Made by a program: the position numbers and the translations under genes. From Candidatus Pacearchaeota archaeon (GTDB taxonomy: Archaea; Nanobdellota; Nanobdellia; Pacearchaeales; GW2011-AR1): 64,000 nt of DNA. Shown in pieces: positions 38,319-48,584 of the stretch (positions are counted from its first letter, which is position 1; each line of letters starts with the position of its first letter). The notes below the pieces were generated by a model. That model searched no databases, was not told where the DNA came from, and saw nothing but the letters and a program-made list of their open reading frames with translations. The stretch spans positions 4,516-68,515 of the forward strand of contig JAVYLW010000006.1 in assembly GCA_038740375.1 (NCBI GenBank). Reading direction: 5' to 3'.

Positions 38319-38561
38319 AAAAAGTTTTAATTAGTTTATAAAATTAAAAAAATCTAATTCTAATTTATTAATGTATTATTAATATAATTTTAATTTTTCG
38401 TGAAAATATTTTTAGTTCAAACAGTTTTTTTGAATTTTTAAAATTTTAATAAGGAATTATGTTAAAAATTTTTCTAATTTTATCATAATATAAAATTATT
38501 AAAGTTTTTATTTTATTAAAATAAATGTATAAAAAAATAAAAAATAATCTTGTTAGATTAT

Positions 38562-39020
38562 TTAGGAAAAAGCTTCTTTTACTTTTTTACTGAACAATAA
38601 ATAGCCTCCAATTAGTCCGTTTATTATAAGACTAACACTGTTCATAACAATAATAGAAGTACTCATGTTACTGCTAATTATTCCTAAAATTGCACTTAGC
38701 ACTCCTAAACATGCAAAGATTATCGCAACAATTCTTGCCCACTTTTTTGCTTTCCATAAACCTAATCCAATAAAGAATGATAAAACACCTATACCAATAA
38801 ATATTATTCCAGTAACTATAAATAAAATTGTTCCTAATACTCCAAATAATGCAAGTAATGGAAGAATCTTACTAAGATAAGCAGAAAAAAAACCTGTAAA
38901 TCCTGCTCCTATCATAAATATTATACCTAAAATTACTAAAAATGCAGCGCTAATAAAATAAAGAACTGAAATAATTTCTACTCCTATTGGAACGTTTTTT
39001 CCATTAGACATTTTTATCAC
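38562..39020 (-). CDS. Four-TM membrane protein
   Basis: PIGVEIISVL...GLGLWKAKKWARI...YLLFSKKVKEAF pattern typical of small archaeal 4-TM proteins. Confidence 0.7.
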   Translation of the reverse strand: MIKMSNGKNVPIGVEIISVLYFISAAFLVILGIIFMIGAGFTGFFSAYLSKILPLLALFGVLGTILFIVTGIIFIGIGVLSFFIGLGLWKAKKWARIVAIIFACLGVLSAILGIISSNMSTSIIVMNSVSLIINGLIGGYLLFSKKVKEAFS

Positions 39021-39043
39021 CTCCTTTCATTTTATTTATTATT

Positions 39044-40012
39044 TTAAAATATCAACCAATTGATTATCATACCTGTATATAAACCTATTGTTAAAAAAGG
39101 CATTGCTGGATAGAATTTTCCTTTTTTTGCAAATATAAATAAGCCTAAAAGAGAAATTGTAGCACAAAATATGATTATAAGTGCTGCAAAAGGATTATAT
39201 AATCTATAAAAGACTCCTGCTGTAATTATTGGAAATACTATATCTCCTCCACCTAATATTGCTAAACTTATCTTAATTTTAGCCTGTCTAAATTTTTTTT
39301 CTAAAAATTTAGAATCTTTATTTTTGTATTTTTCTTTAATATTTTTAATTTTTAATTTTTGTTTTTTATCTGCATATGGAACAAAAAAACCTGTAAAAAA
39401 TTTCAAGTTCTCTATTTGATATTTAGCCATTTTTTGCATAAACTGAGATTTCCAAACAGCCCATATGTCATACATTGATATTGCTAATAATAAAATAATA
39501 ATACCAATCTCATTTAAAATAGGAATGAACACAGAAGCAATGCCTGGATAAATGATAAGTTCTGTAAAATTATGAACTAAAAGATTTCTATTATAAATTT
39601 TAAAATAAGCTAAAAAAATTCCAATAATAAAGGCTATTATTGAAATTATTGATATTTTTGAAAATAAAAATGAAAGATTTGAAGTTATAATAAAAATATC
39701 TTTTAAATTGAAAAGTAAGAATATGGCTTTAAAAACAATTCCTATAGCAAGAGCAGTAACAATAAAAAACCAAAATCTAATGAATTTTTCTGCATTTATT
39801 TTTGTAAGAATATATAATAAACCAATTGCTATTAAAAAACCTATTAAAATAGAAAAAATAGAAAAATCTTGAGATATTGTTTCCGGAGGTTGTAATCCAA
39901 AAGGAAGATTATTTTCTGATTTATTATATATAGATATAATTAATAACCCAATTAATTGTGTAACTAAAAACATCATTATTAATAAAACAGTTATTCTAGT
40001 ATTATGTTTCAT
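39044..40012 (-). CDS. Presenilin/signal-peptide-peptidase family intramembrane aspartyl protease (A22)
   Basis: YD motif (SMYDIWAV), LGGGD (GxGD), PAMPF (PAL-like); about 9 TM helices. Confidence 0.92.
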   Translation of the reverse strand: MKHNTRITVLLIMMFLVTQLIGLLIISIYNKSENNLPFGLQPPETISQDFSIFSILIGFLIAIGLLYILTKINAEKFIRFWFFIVTALAIGIVFKAIFLLFNLKDIFIITSNLSFLFSKISIISIIAFIIGIFLAYFKIYNRNLLVHNFTELIIYPGIASVFIPILNEIGIIILLLAISMYDIWAVWKSQFMQKMAKYQIENLKFFTGFFVPYADKKQKLKIKNIKEKYKNKDSKFLEKKFRQAKIKISLAILGGGDIVFPIITAGVFYRLYNPFAALIIIFCATISLLGLFIFAKKGKFYPAMPFLTIGLYTGMIINWLIF

Positions 40013-40142
40013 AATTTATAGTATTCTAAATTTTATGATTTATTTTATCATCATTACAAAATAAATCTTATATATAAACAAAAAGAAACATATGTTTTTA
40101 AAAGTATTTATAGATAAAAAATAAAATTATATTTTTAAATAT

Positions 40143-42029
40143 TTATCTTAATCTTATTGTTTCAAGATTTCTAGGAACATTTGTTTCTATGTGATGAAGT
40201 TTATAAATAGAACTTGCTAAATCAAGACATTTTGTTTGTTCTCCATGATTTATTATTATTCTATTTGGTTTTGGCTGAACTTTATTAATATAATCTAAAA
40301 GTTCATTTCTTCCTGCATGAGCAGTTAATCCTGCTATTGTTACAACCTCCATGTTTACATCAATTGTTTCTTCTTTACCCTCTGCATTCATTTTAATTTG
40401 TTTTATTCCGTCTTGAACTTGTCTTCCTAAAGATCCTGCTCCTTGATAACAAACAAAACAAATTTTATTTTTCCTTGATTCTGCAAAATGCCTAAAATAT
40501 TCAACTGATGCTCCTCCTACAAGCATACCTGATGTTGCTAAAACAACACAAGGTCCTCCTTCTATTACTTGTTTTCTTTCTTGAGCTGATCCTACTTTTA
40601 TAAAAAAATCTGAAACAAAAGGATTATTATCTTGAAAAATTTCTTTTCTAACCATAGGATTTAAAAAATCAGGATATGCTGTATGTATTCCATTAATATC
40701 CCAAATCATACCATCTATATATATAGGAATTTTTGGAAGTTTATCTTCTCTCATTGCTTCTTCTAATATTAACATTGTTTCTTGAGCTCTTCCAAGTCCT
40801 AATTCTGGAATTAATACTTTTCCATTTTTTTCAATTGTTTCTTTAACAGTTTGAACAAGTTGTTCTTCAGATTCTTTTCTACTTGGTAAAACATCATTTT
40901 TACTTCCATAAGTTGATTCAACAATCATTGTTTCTAATCTTGGAAAACTTGCAACTGCTTTATCTAATAATTTTGTTCTATCAAATTTAAAATCTGCAGT
41001 ATAAATTAGATTATGAGCTCCATTTCCTACATTAATATGAATTATAGAACCTCCTAATGCATGACCAGAATTATAAAGAGTAATTCTCATATCAGGAGCT
41101 ATATCAGTAACCTCGTTATAATCAAGACATATAGTATGTTTTACCATTTCTTTAATATCTGTTGAAGAAAACAAAGGTGCAGCTGCCTGTTTATAAGCAA
41201 CACCTATAAAATCTAATGCTAATAATGCTGTAACATCTCTTGTTGGAGCTGTCATATATACAGGACCGCGATAACCCATTTTAAAAAGATATGGAATTAA
41301 ACCACTATGATCTAAATGTGCATGAGACAAAATTATAGCATCTAACTCGTTTATTTTAAACTCAGAAACATCTAAATATGGAAATTTTTCTTTTCCTTTT
41401 CCTGCAACATTAATACCGCAGTCTAGCAAAACTTTTGTTTGAGGGGTTGACAATAAAATGCAACTTCTTCCAACCTGTCTTCCACCTCCTAAAAATGTAA
41501 CTCTAACCCATTCTTCAACTTTTTCCGGATTCCATTCCTTGTATATTTTTTTACCAACAAGATTTAGAAATTTTTTCCTACTATTATTATTTTGATACAA
41601 AACTGCACGAATATTTTCTGTGATTTTTGATTCAATTGCAGGACTTCTCTGGACTTGAGGTATCCATAAACTCTCATCTTTTATTTCTTTTAAAATCAAA
41701 CCTGATTTTCCTATAACAAGACCAGGTCTTTTCGCTTCTATAACAACTACGCTTCTTTGAGGATCAAATAAAATATTTGTTAAACCAGCATCAGAAGGTA
41801 TCTTTGACTTTATAATCTTTTCAGTTTCTTCTTCTGATTTTAAAATTTTTTCATCTGCACGAAGCTCTATTCTTTTTTTAAATTTATTAACAAGCTCTTT
41901 TATTTTTCCTTCATTATTTCTGAAAAAATCTTTATCATCTGTATATAAAACTATATTTGCTGCTTCAAATTTAGCATTTGTTATTACCTTAGGTAATTCA
42001 GATTGAATATCTTTTAGAATATCTGCCAT
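40143..42029 (-). CDS. Archaeal beta-CASP ribonuclease aCPSF1 (KH + MBL; transcription termination factor FttA)
   Basis: N-terminal KH (RPGLVIGKSG), GGGRQVGRSC, HAHLDHSG, GHALG, VESTYG, AHAG, NHGE; adjacent to psmB. Confidence 0.95.
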   Translation of the reverse strand: MADILKDIQSELPKVITNAKFEAANIVLYTDDKDFFRNNEGKIKELVNKFKKRIELRADEKILKSEEETEKIIKSKIPSDAGLTNILFDPQRSVVVIEAKRPGLVIGKSGLILKEIKDESLWIPQVQRSPAIESKITENIRAVLYQNNNSRKKFLNLVGKKIYKEWNPEKVEEWVRVTFLGGGRQVGRSCILLSTPQTKVLLDCGINVAGKGKEKFPYLDVSEFKINELDAIILSHAHLDHSGLIPYLFKMGYRGPVYMTAPTRDVTALLALDFIGVAYKQAAAPLFSSTDIKEMVKHTICLDYNEVTDIAPDMRITLYNSGHALGGSIIHINVGNGAHNLIYTADFKFDRTKLLDKAVASFPRLETMIVESTYGSKNDVLPSRKESEEQLVQTVKETIEKNGKVLIPELGLGRAQETMLILEEAMREDKLPKIPIYIDGMIWDINGIHTAYPDFLNPMVRKEIFQDNNPFVSDFFIKVGSAQERKQVIEGGPCVVLATSGMLVGGASVEYFRHFAESRKNKICFVCYQGAGSLGRQVQDGIKQIKMNAEGKEETIDVNMEVVTIAGLTAHAGRNELLDYINKVQPKPNRIIINHGEQTKCLDLASSIYKLHHIETNVPRNLETIRLR

Positions 42030-42083
42030 GTTATTTTTTAGATACTATTTATTACTAATTATTTATTAATTTACTAATAAGGT

Positions 42084-42746
42084 TTATTTTTCAGTTTTAT
42101 ATTCCGGAACTATCTCTTGTTTAACTTCATGCTTAATTCCTTTTTTGTTTATAGTAAAAACATCTATACCGTTTCCACTAGCTGCATCTCTTTGAGTTGA
42201 GGATTTTAATGCTTCGATAGCAAGTTCAACTCCTTTTTCAAGAGTTATATTTTTATTATATTGTCTTTCTAAAAGTCCTAAAACAAAAGGCATTCCAGAA
42301 CCAAAATTAGCATCATAATCTTCTACTTTAACTGCTGTTCCAGAGGGTTCTATTGTATAAAGCTCTGTTGTTCCATCTTCATTAACACCTGCTACAAGAG
42401 TTCCTACTATTGAAGGAATCATAGCAGGTTGTCTTATATTTCTATAAGTCATTACTCCTATCAAATTAGCAGCTTCTTTTATTGTTGGTCTTTTTTTAGA
42501 CTTTAACTCTTTTAACTTAAGTTCTGCAGCAATTATTTTTTTTTGCATTTCTATATCTGACATGTTTCCTGTTCCAGCTACCACTAAATAATCATTTATC
42601 TGAACTGCTTTTTTAGCATTTTTCATAGCAATAAGATTTCCTGCAGTAGCTCTTCTATCAGAAGCCATAACTATACCATCTTTGCATACTATTCCGATTA
42701 TAGTTGTTCCAGATTTTAGAATTGCGTTTTTTAACTCGTTATCCAT
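42084..42746 (-). CDS. psmB: Proteasome subunit beta
   Basis: Propeptide then G/TTIIGI, ASDRRAT, GSG, RDAASGNG. Confidence 0.97.
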   Translation of the reverse strand: MDNELKNAILKSGTTIIGIVCKDGIVMASDRRATAGNLIAMKNAKKAVQINDYLVVAGTGNMSDIEMQKKIIAAELKLKELKSKKRPTIKEAANLIGVMTYRNIRQPAMIPSIVGTLVAGVNEDGTTELYTIEPSGTAVKVEDYDANFGSGMPFVLGLLERQYNKNITLEKGVELAIEALKSSTQRDAASGNGIDVFTINKKGIKHEVKQEIVPEYKTEK

Positions 42747-43215
42747 TTCATTAATTATTTCTAAATTTATAGTTTAAAAATATTAATTCTTTTTAGAATT
42801 TATAATATTTATATTAAATTAAGGTTTATAAAGTTTACGGATATTGAACTCTGATATATTTGATTTGGCTTAAAAAGATACCCTTTATTGTCATAAGTTT
42901 TAATTTACTGATAAAAAGATTATAAGTATATAATAAGTATTATATAATAGTTATATTATTAATTGTTAGAAAAATAATAAACCAACAACAAAAAAATTAT
43001 AAATATGAAAAATTTAGCAATACAATATAAGGATAAGTCTAGCTTATTTTATGATATCAAAAAAAAGAATTATAGAAAATAACATACCCCATAAAATAAA
43101 GTTAATTGAAAAAAAAGAAAAAATAATTAATGAACAAAAAAAATTTTTCATTGTATTAATTTGGATTATGATATTTTTAATATTAATCTCTTTTATTGAA
43201 TTTCTAATATTATTA

Positions 43216-44208
43216 TTAAAGTAAAAAAATAAATAATAATGTGTATAATACTGCAACAATTATAAAAACAGAATATTCTAAAAATTTATGAATTTTATTT
43301 ACAAGTTCTGTTTTCTTTTTTTCATACAACTCCAATGATATAACATTATAAAAAAAGCTTAAAAGTATTATAAAATAAGTTAGTACCATAAATTTGTCCA
43401 TAAATGTTAAGTAACCTACTGGTGGAATTTGATTTGCTAGTGAAACATGAAACATTACTGAAGCTACTAATGAAGAACCGACCATTGTAATTCGAGTTAA
43501 AATTTTATCAGAATCTAAAACATAACTTGAAAGCATAACTAATATTATAAAAAATACAGGTAATAAAGACTTTATTACAGAGTTTACAAGACTTCTTTTT
43601 ATAGGTATATTAAAAGAATATTGTGAATAAGATTCATTATAAATATCATAGCTATGCTCTTTTACATCAACAAAATAATTTTCATAATTCCATCCTATAA
43701 ATGTTACAGAATTATCAATTCCTGACTGATTTAAATCTGGAACATAAACTAAATAATCAGTAGTTAATCTTTTATCTTCTATAATTATCTGCATTTTTTG
43801 AACATCAAATGGAAATTTTTTTAAATCTATAGGGCTGTACAGATTTGCCTGAATTCTATAAAATTTTTCATCAGGATTATCAATTATTTTATCAATACTA
43901 TTTGCTCTTCCATTTATAAATTCAAAATCCATATCACTTGGACATTTTTTATCACATTTAAATGAAAGATAAAAATCAGCTGTAAAAGTTCCTGTCGCTA
44001 TATCAAATTTGCCTAAGTTTAAAATATATAGACCTACTTTTACTTCTATAGGTTTTAATGTTTTTGTTAGAATTTGTTGAGTTTGATTTTTTGTGACTTC
44101 TAATTTTGTAATGTTTTGACTGTATATATGAGGTATACTTAAAAATATAGCTAAAACTAAAAGTAAAATTAATAATTTCTTATTCTTATAAAAGTTACAA
44201 AATTTCAT
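43216..44208 (-). CDS. Prokaryotic pentameric ligand-gated ion channel (GLIC/ELIC-like, Pro-loop)
   Basis: Signal peptide; beta1 PIEVKVGLYILNLGKFD...GTFTADFYL; Pro-loop DLKKFPFDVQ; GW; pre-M1 R; M1 with a Pro (LLP); M2-M3 QIPPVGYLTFMD; four TM helices. Confidence 0.88.
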   Translation of the reverse strand: MKFCNFYKNKKLLILLLVLAIFLSIPHIYSQNITKLEVTKNQTQQILTKTLKPIEVKVGLYILNLGKFDIATGTFTADFYLSFKCDKKCPSDMDFEFINGRANSIDKIIDNPDEKFYRIQANLYSPIDLKKFPFDVQKMQIIIEDKRLTTDYLVYVPDLNQSGIDNSVTFIGWNYENYFVDVKEHSYDIYNESYSQYSFNIPIKRSLVNSVIKSLLPVFFIILVMLSSYVLDSDKILTRITMVGSSLVASVMFHVSLANQIPPVGYLTFMDKFMVLTYFIILLSFFYNVISLELYEKKKTELVNKIHKFLEYSVFIIVAVLYTLLFIFLL

Positions 44209-44339
44209 GAGATTTCATAAAAAAAAAGGTTTTTAAATTTTTTGAAAAAAAAAACTGTTATAAAAAGTATTGTTGCAAATTATTATAACTTATCATTACA
44301 AAACTAAATTTTTTTAAATATAAGAATTATTTAGACATT

Positions 44340-44936
44340 ATGTTTATTGTTTTTGAAGGAATTGATGGATGTGGAAAATCTACTCAAATAGTTAAATTTA
44401 CAGAATTTATTTTTAATAAAGATAAGGGAAATCATATTATTCTTACAAGAGAACCTTATAAATCCAAAGAAATTAGAGAAATTTTAAAAATAAATGAAGA
44501 TCCTAAAGAAAAATCAGAAAAATTAACAGAGCTATTTATTGAAGATAGAAGAAAACATATAGAAGAAATAATAAATCCAGCATTAAACAAAAATCTAATT
44601 GTTATTTGTGATAGATATAAATATTCTACAATATGTTATCAAGCTGCACAAGGAATTGAAATAGAAAAATTAGTCAGATTACATAAATATATGCCAGTGC
44701 CTGATGTTATTTTTATATTTGACCTTCCTGTAGATATAGCATTTGAAAGAATAAAAAATGATAAAAATAGAAAAGATGAATATAAATTTGAAAAAAATAA
44801 GGAATTTCTTGATAAAGTAAGAAAAAACTATCTGAAAATGAAAAAGATTTTTCAAAATGAGAATATAGTAATTATAAATTCAAACAAAACTATTGAAGAA
44901 ATATTTGAAGAAATAAAAAGTTATTTTACTATATAA
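44340..44936 (+). CDS. tmk: Thymidylate kinase
   Basis: FEGIDGCGKSTQ P-loop, TREP, CDRYKYSTICYQ. Confidence 0.96.
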   Translation: MFIVFEGIDGCGKSTQIVKFTEFIFNKDKGNHIILTREPYKSKEIREILKINEDPKEKSEKLTELFIEDRRKHIEEIINPALNKNLIVICDRYKYSTICYQAAQGIEIEKLVRLHKYMPVPDVIFIFDLPVDIAFERIKNDKNRKDEYKFEKNKEFLDKVRKNYLKMKKIFQNENIVIINSNKTIEEIFEEIKSYFTI

Positions 44937-45112
44937 TTTTAATAGATTAAATCAAAACGAGTATTGATATAATGTTCTTAATAATAACATTAATATAATA
45001 TATTCTTTTTTAATTTTTATATTTTCTTTAAATTAACTATAGAGTATGTTTAAATAATTAAATATAAATAGTCTATTCTAATCTTTAAATAAATATATTT
45101 AAAAATATTTTT

Positions 45113-47161
45113 TTAATAGATTTTAGTTAAACCATCTTCTTTGTAGACCTTTATTATATTATCTACAAAATCTTCAATTTTTTGTTCATGACTTACTAAT
45201 ATAAGTTGTTCAACATTTAATTCTTTTAAGATATCTTTCATTTTATCTAACTGTGTTGAAGAAAAACCGTCTGTTGGTTCATCTAATATGATTAAATTTC
45301 TTGTTTTGATATTACTTAATAAAGAATTTATAACCTGATTTAAAGCCAATCTATAAGCTAATGCAATCGCTGTTCTTTCACCACCCGATAAAAATTCATA
45401 ATCTAACTCATAATCCTGTTGTTCAATAATTGGAGAGAAATCATCTCCTAATTTCGCTGTTAAAGTATCTGAAACTAACATTGAAAACCACTTAGAAAAA
45501 AGACGAGAAAACTCTTCTTTTAATGTAAGCATAACTTGTTTTTCAGTTAATAAAACTAAATTTATGAATTTTTCTGAAATCCAATATTCTAGCTCTCGAA
45601 TTTTCTCTATAACTTTTTTTATATTTTCTTTTTTTTCTATTTCTAGTTTTTTTTCATTTATCCTTTCTTCTAAAAATTGAAGATCTTTATTTATCTCTGC
45701 ATGTCTAATTGCAAGTTCATTTTCTAATTTTTTAAATAAAGCAAGCTCCTTATTTTTTTCCTCGTATATTAGATCAAACCTGTTATAATCTAAAATTGAT
45801 TCTTTTATTGATTGTATATGTTTTTCTAAAATTTTAACGTCTTTTTCCAAAAGTTCTCTTTGTTTTTCTGCTTCAAGAATTCTTTTTTCTTTTTCCCTTA
45901 TATTTTCCAACTTTATTTTCATTAAATCAAGTTCAGATTTCTTTTGTTTTAACTCTTCTTTTTGTCTTTTAATTGATTCAACTTGTTCGTTTAATTCGTT
46001 TTTCTTTATCAGAAGTTCATTTATATTTTTTTGAATTATTTCTGTTTCTTCATTTTTTTTAAAAAAGATATTTTTTTTATAATCTGCTGAAACTTCTTGT
46101 AAACATGTCGGGCATTTTTGCAAAACAGATATTTTATTTTTTAAATTTTCTATATCTTTTAACTTAGAAAGTTCTGAATTTATCTTACCTATAATAACAA
46201 TATATTCTTTTTGAATTTCATCTTCTTTATTCTCTTGATATTCTATTCTTTTTAATATTTGATTATATTCTTCTTCATTAAAATTTAACTTTTTAGATTC
46301 TTCAATCTGACCTTTAATAATATTTATATTTGATTTAAGAGTTTTTATTTGTTGATTTTTTTCATAAAGCAATATTTCTGATTTTCCTAATTCAACTTCT
46401 AAACTTTTTTTTTCATCAATTTTTTCTTGAATTTCCTTAATAGCAGCTTCTTTTTCCATTCTTTTTTCTATAGCATTTCTATATTCTTCAGCAGATTTCT
46501 TTTGTTTTTCTTTTAACAAGATAAGCTCATCTTTTTTCTTAAGAAGTTCTTCTTTATAATTATCTAAATCATATATCATTCCCTCATTTATTCTAATTTT
46601 TTCTCTTAATTTTGAACTTAAAATATAAGCATTTTCTTCTATTCGCTTATACTTGTCAATCCCGAAAACATGCCTTAAAGTATTAAGTCTTATTTCCCCA
46701 GGTTCTAAAATTATTTGTTTCATTTCTTCTTGAGGAGTATAAACCGTAAATTTATAAAGTAAATTAGTTTTTTTTGCAAATTCCGATGGATAATTAATTA
46801 ATTTTAATACTTTATTCTTAATTTCAGTCACACTACCTTCGAATCTTTCTTTGTTGATTGTTATTGCAGTATTTTCTTGAGATATTGATTTTTTAGAACG
46901 TTTTAGTGAACGTTCAATAATGATTTCTTTGTCATCTAATTGGAATTCTAAAGATACTTTAGCATCATCTTCTCCTGATCTTAACAGAGAATTTCCCTTT
47001 TGTCCAGGTTCAAGACCGAACAACGCGAATTCTATAGCTAATAATATTGTTGTCTTTCCAGAGCCAATATCTCCTGAAAGCAAAGTAGAACCTTTTGGAA
47101 ATACTATCTCCTGTTTTTTATAGCTTCTTATATTCTCTATTGTAAGTTTTTTTAAAAACAT
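45113..47161 (-). CDS. rad50: Rad50/SbcC SMC-family ATPase
   Basis: Walker A GDIGSGKTT, coiled coils, zinc hook CPTC, signature LSGGE, LDEPT, VSH. Confidence 0.93.
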   Translation of the reverse strand: MFLKKLTIENIRSYKKQEIVFPKGSTLLSGDIGSGKTTILLAIEFALFGLEPGQKGNSLLRSGEDDAKVSLEFQLDDKEIIIERSLKRSKKSISQENTAITINKERFEGSVTEIKNKVLKLINYPSEFAKKTNLLYKFTVYTPQEEMKQIILEPGEIRLNTLRHVFGIDKYKRIEENAYILSSKLREKIRINEGMIYDLDNYKEELLKKKDELILLKEKQKKSAEEYRNAIEKRMEKEAAIKEIQEKIDEKKSLEVELGKSEILLYEKNQQIKTLKSNINIIKGQIEESKKLNFNEEEYNQILKRIEYQENKEDEIQKEYIVIIGKINSELSKLKDIENLKNKISVLQKCPTCLQEVSADYKKNIFFKKNEETEIIQKNINELLIKKNELNEQVESIKRQKEELKQKKSELDLMKIKLENIREKEKRILEAEKQRELLEKDVKILEKHIQSIKESILDYNRFDLIYEEKNKELALFKKLENELAIRHAEINKDLQFLEERINEKKLEIEKKENIKKVIEKIRELEYWISEKFINLVLLTEKQVMLTLKEEFSRLFSKWFSMLVSDTLTAKLGDDFSPIIEQQDYELDYEFLSGGERTAIALAYRLALNQVINSLLSNIKTRNLIILDEPTDGFSSTQLDKMKDILKELNVEQLILVSHEQKIEDFVDNIIKVYKEDGLTKIY

Positions 47162-47162
47162 T

Positions 47163-48353
47163 TTAAGATAAGTCTATATTTAATATTTTGCTTAACTCAG
47201 ATAATAATCTAGTTTCAAAACTTGTTTGTTTTTCTCCTTCTTGCTTTTCTTTGCTTAACACTTCAATTAAAGGAAATATTAAATTATTAAAATAAGAAGG
47301 ATTTTCTATTTCGTATTTTTTAAACAAGATTTCTTCAACTTTTTCCATATCTTGATGTTCTAAATCTAATTCCATCCTTGGTTTTTCTACATCTAATCTT
47401 GAAGTATTTTTTAAAAAAGAATAAACTCCTAACTTTTTAAGATAATCTTCAATTTCTTGAAATTTTATGTCAGAAGGTTTTCCTTGTCTAAGATTTCCAT
47501 ATAATTTTAACAATACTATCTTATCTTTTAAGTTTCTTTTTGCTAGTTCAGATAAAATAATTTCATTTCCTTTTAGAGCATCTTCTAATAATATTTCTAT
47601 ACATTCAATTTCTTTAATTTTTATTTCTTTTCTTATTATTTTTGTAAAACCTTCAACATCTATTATGTAAAATGCTCCATATCTAAGTTCTTCAAATTCT
47701 TTAAAATTATTTGGAAAAGTAGGACCTCCATATATTACTGGTTTACCATCATTTTCTTTTTCAAATTTAATGTGAACGTGTCCTAATGCATAATAATCTG
47801 CTTTTGGTAAATTTTTTATATCTATTGAATCAACAGGTAAGTTTTCTGTAACATCTTTTATTGTTGTATGCAACATCAGAATTCTAAAATAAGAAGAATA
47901 AGGTTCATTTATTACTATATTTTTTAAATCATTCACTTCAAGGCCTGATTTTTTTCCAGGATATCCATAAATATAAAAGGATTTATGAGTTATAGGTTTT
48001 AAAATAATCTTTCCTGATTCGTTAATTTCATATTTTGAAATTTCGCAAAAACCTGCTTTTTCTAAAACATCTAAAAAAGTCTTTCCAGATGCTGAATAAT
48101 CATGACTTCCTGCAATAACATAACATTTTATTCCTGCTTCTTTTAATCTCCTAAATTCATTAAAAGTAAACTTTAGAATTTCTATAGGAGGAAAAGAGCT
48201 ATCAAATAAATCTCCAGTAAATAGTATAAACTCAACTTCTTCCTGAATGCAAATATCAATTGCTTTTTTAAACGATTCTGCATTTAATTCTTGAAGTTCT
48301 GGTTGTCTCCAACCTCCTAAATGACTATCTGATATATGGGCAAATTTTACCAT
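47163..48353 (-). CDS. mre11: Mre11/SbcD nuclease
   Basis: SDSHLG, GDLFD, GSHD, ALGHVH; coupled to rad50. Confidence 0.93.
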   Translation of the reverse strand: MVKFAHISDSHLGGWRQPELQELNAESFKKAIDICIQEEVEFILFTGDLFDSSFPPIEILKFTFNEFRRLKEAGIKCYVIAGSHDYSASGKTFLDVLEKAGFCEISKYEINESGKIILKPITHKSFYIYGYPGKKSGLEVNDLKNIVINEPYSSYFRILMLHTTIKDVTENLPVDSIDIKNLPKADYYALGHVHIKFEKENDGKPVIYGGPTFPNNFKEFEELRYGAFYIIDVEGFTKIIRKEIKIKEIECIEILLEDALKGNEIILSELAKRNLKDKIVLLKLYGNLRQGKPSDIKFQEIEDYLKKLGVYSFLKNTSRLDVEKPRMELDLEHQDMEKVEEILFKKYEIENPSYFNNLIFPLIEVLSKEKQEGEKQTSFETRLLSELSKILNIDLS

Positions 48354-48438
48354 TTTAGTCTACTCTTTTAAGAGTATTTAAACTATATTTAATAATATTT
48401 ATTGTAGATTGATATATTAGGTATATAAATTATAAATT

Positions 48439-48484
48439 TATCTAAAGAGAAGGAAAGAGAATATCTAAAGAGAAGGAAAGAGAA
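48439..48484. repeat. Perfect 23-bp tandem duplication (TATCTAAAGAGAAGGAAAGAGAA x2)
   Basis: Read directly: 48439-48461 equals 48462-48484; lies in the divergent intergenic region. Confidence 0.9.
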
Positions 48485-48584
48485 CTTTTTTATTAAATCC
48501 TTAAAAAATAACCAAATAGTTGCACAATAAATTTTAAAAACTCTTATTAAAAATATTAGTTTATAATTAAATTCATACTATAAT

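Noticed and set aside
48439-48484. Mini CRISPR array
   Set aside because: Two abutting copies with no spacer, no palindrome and no cas genes.
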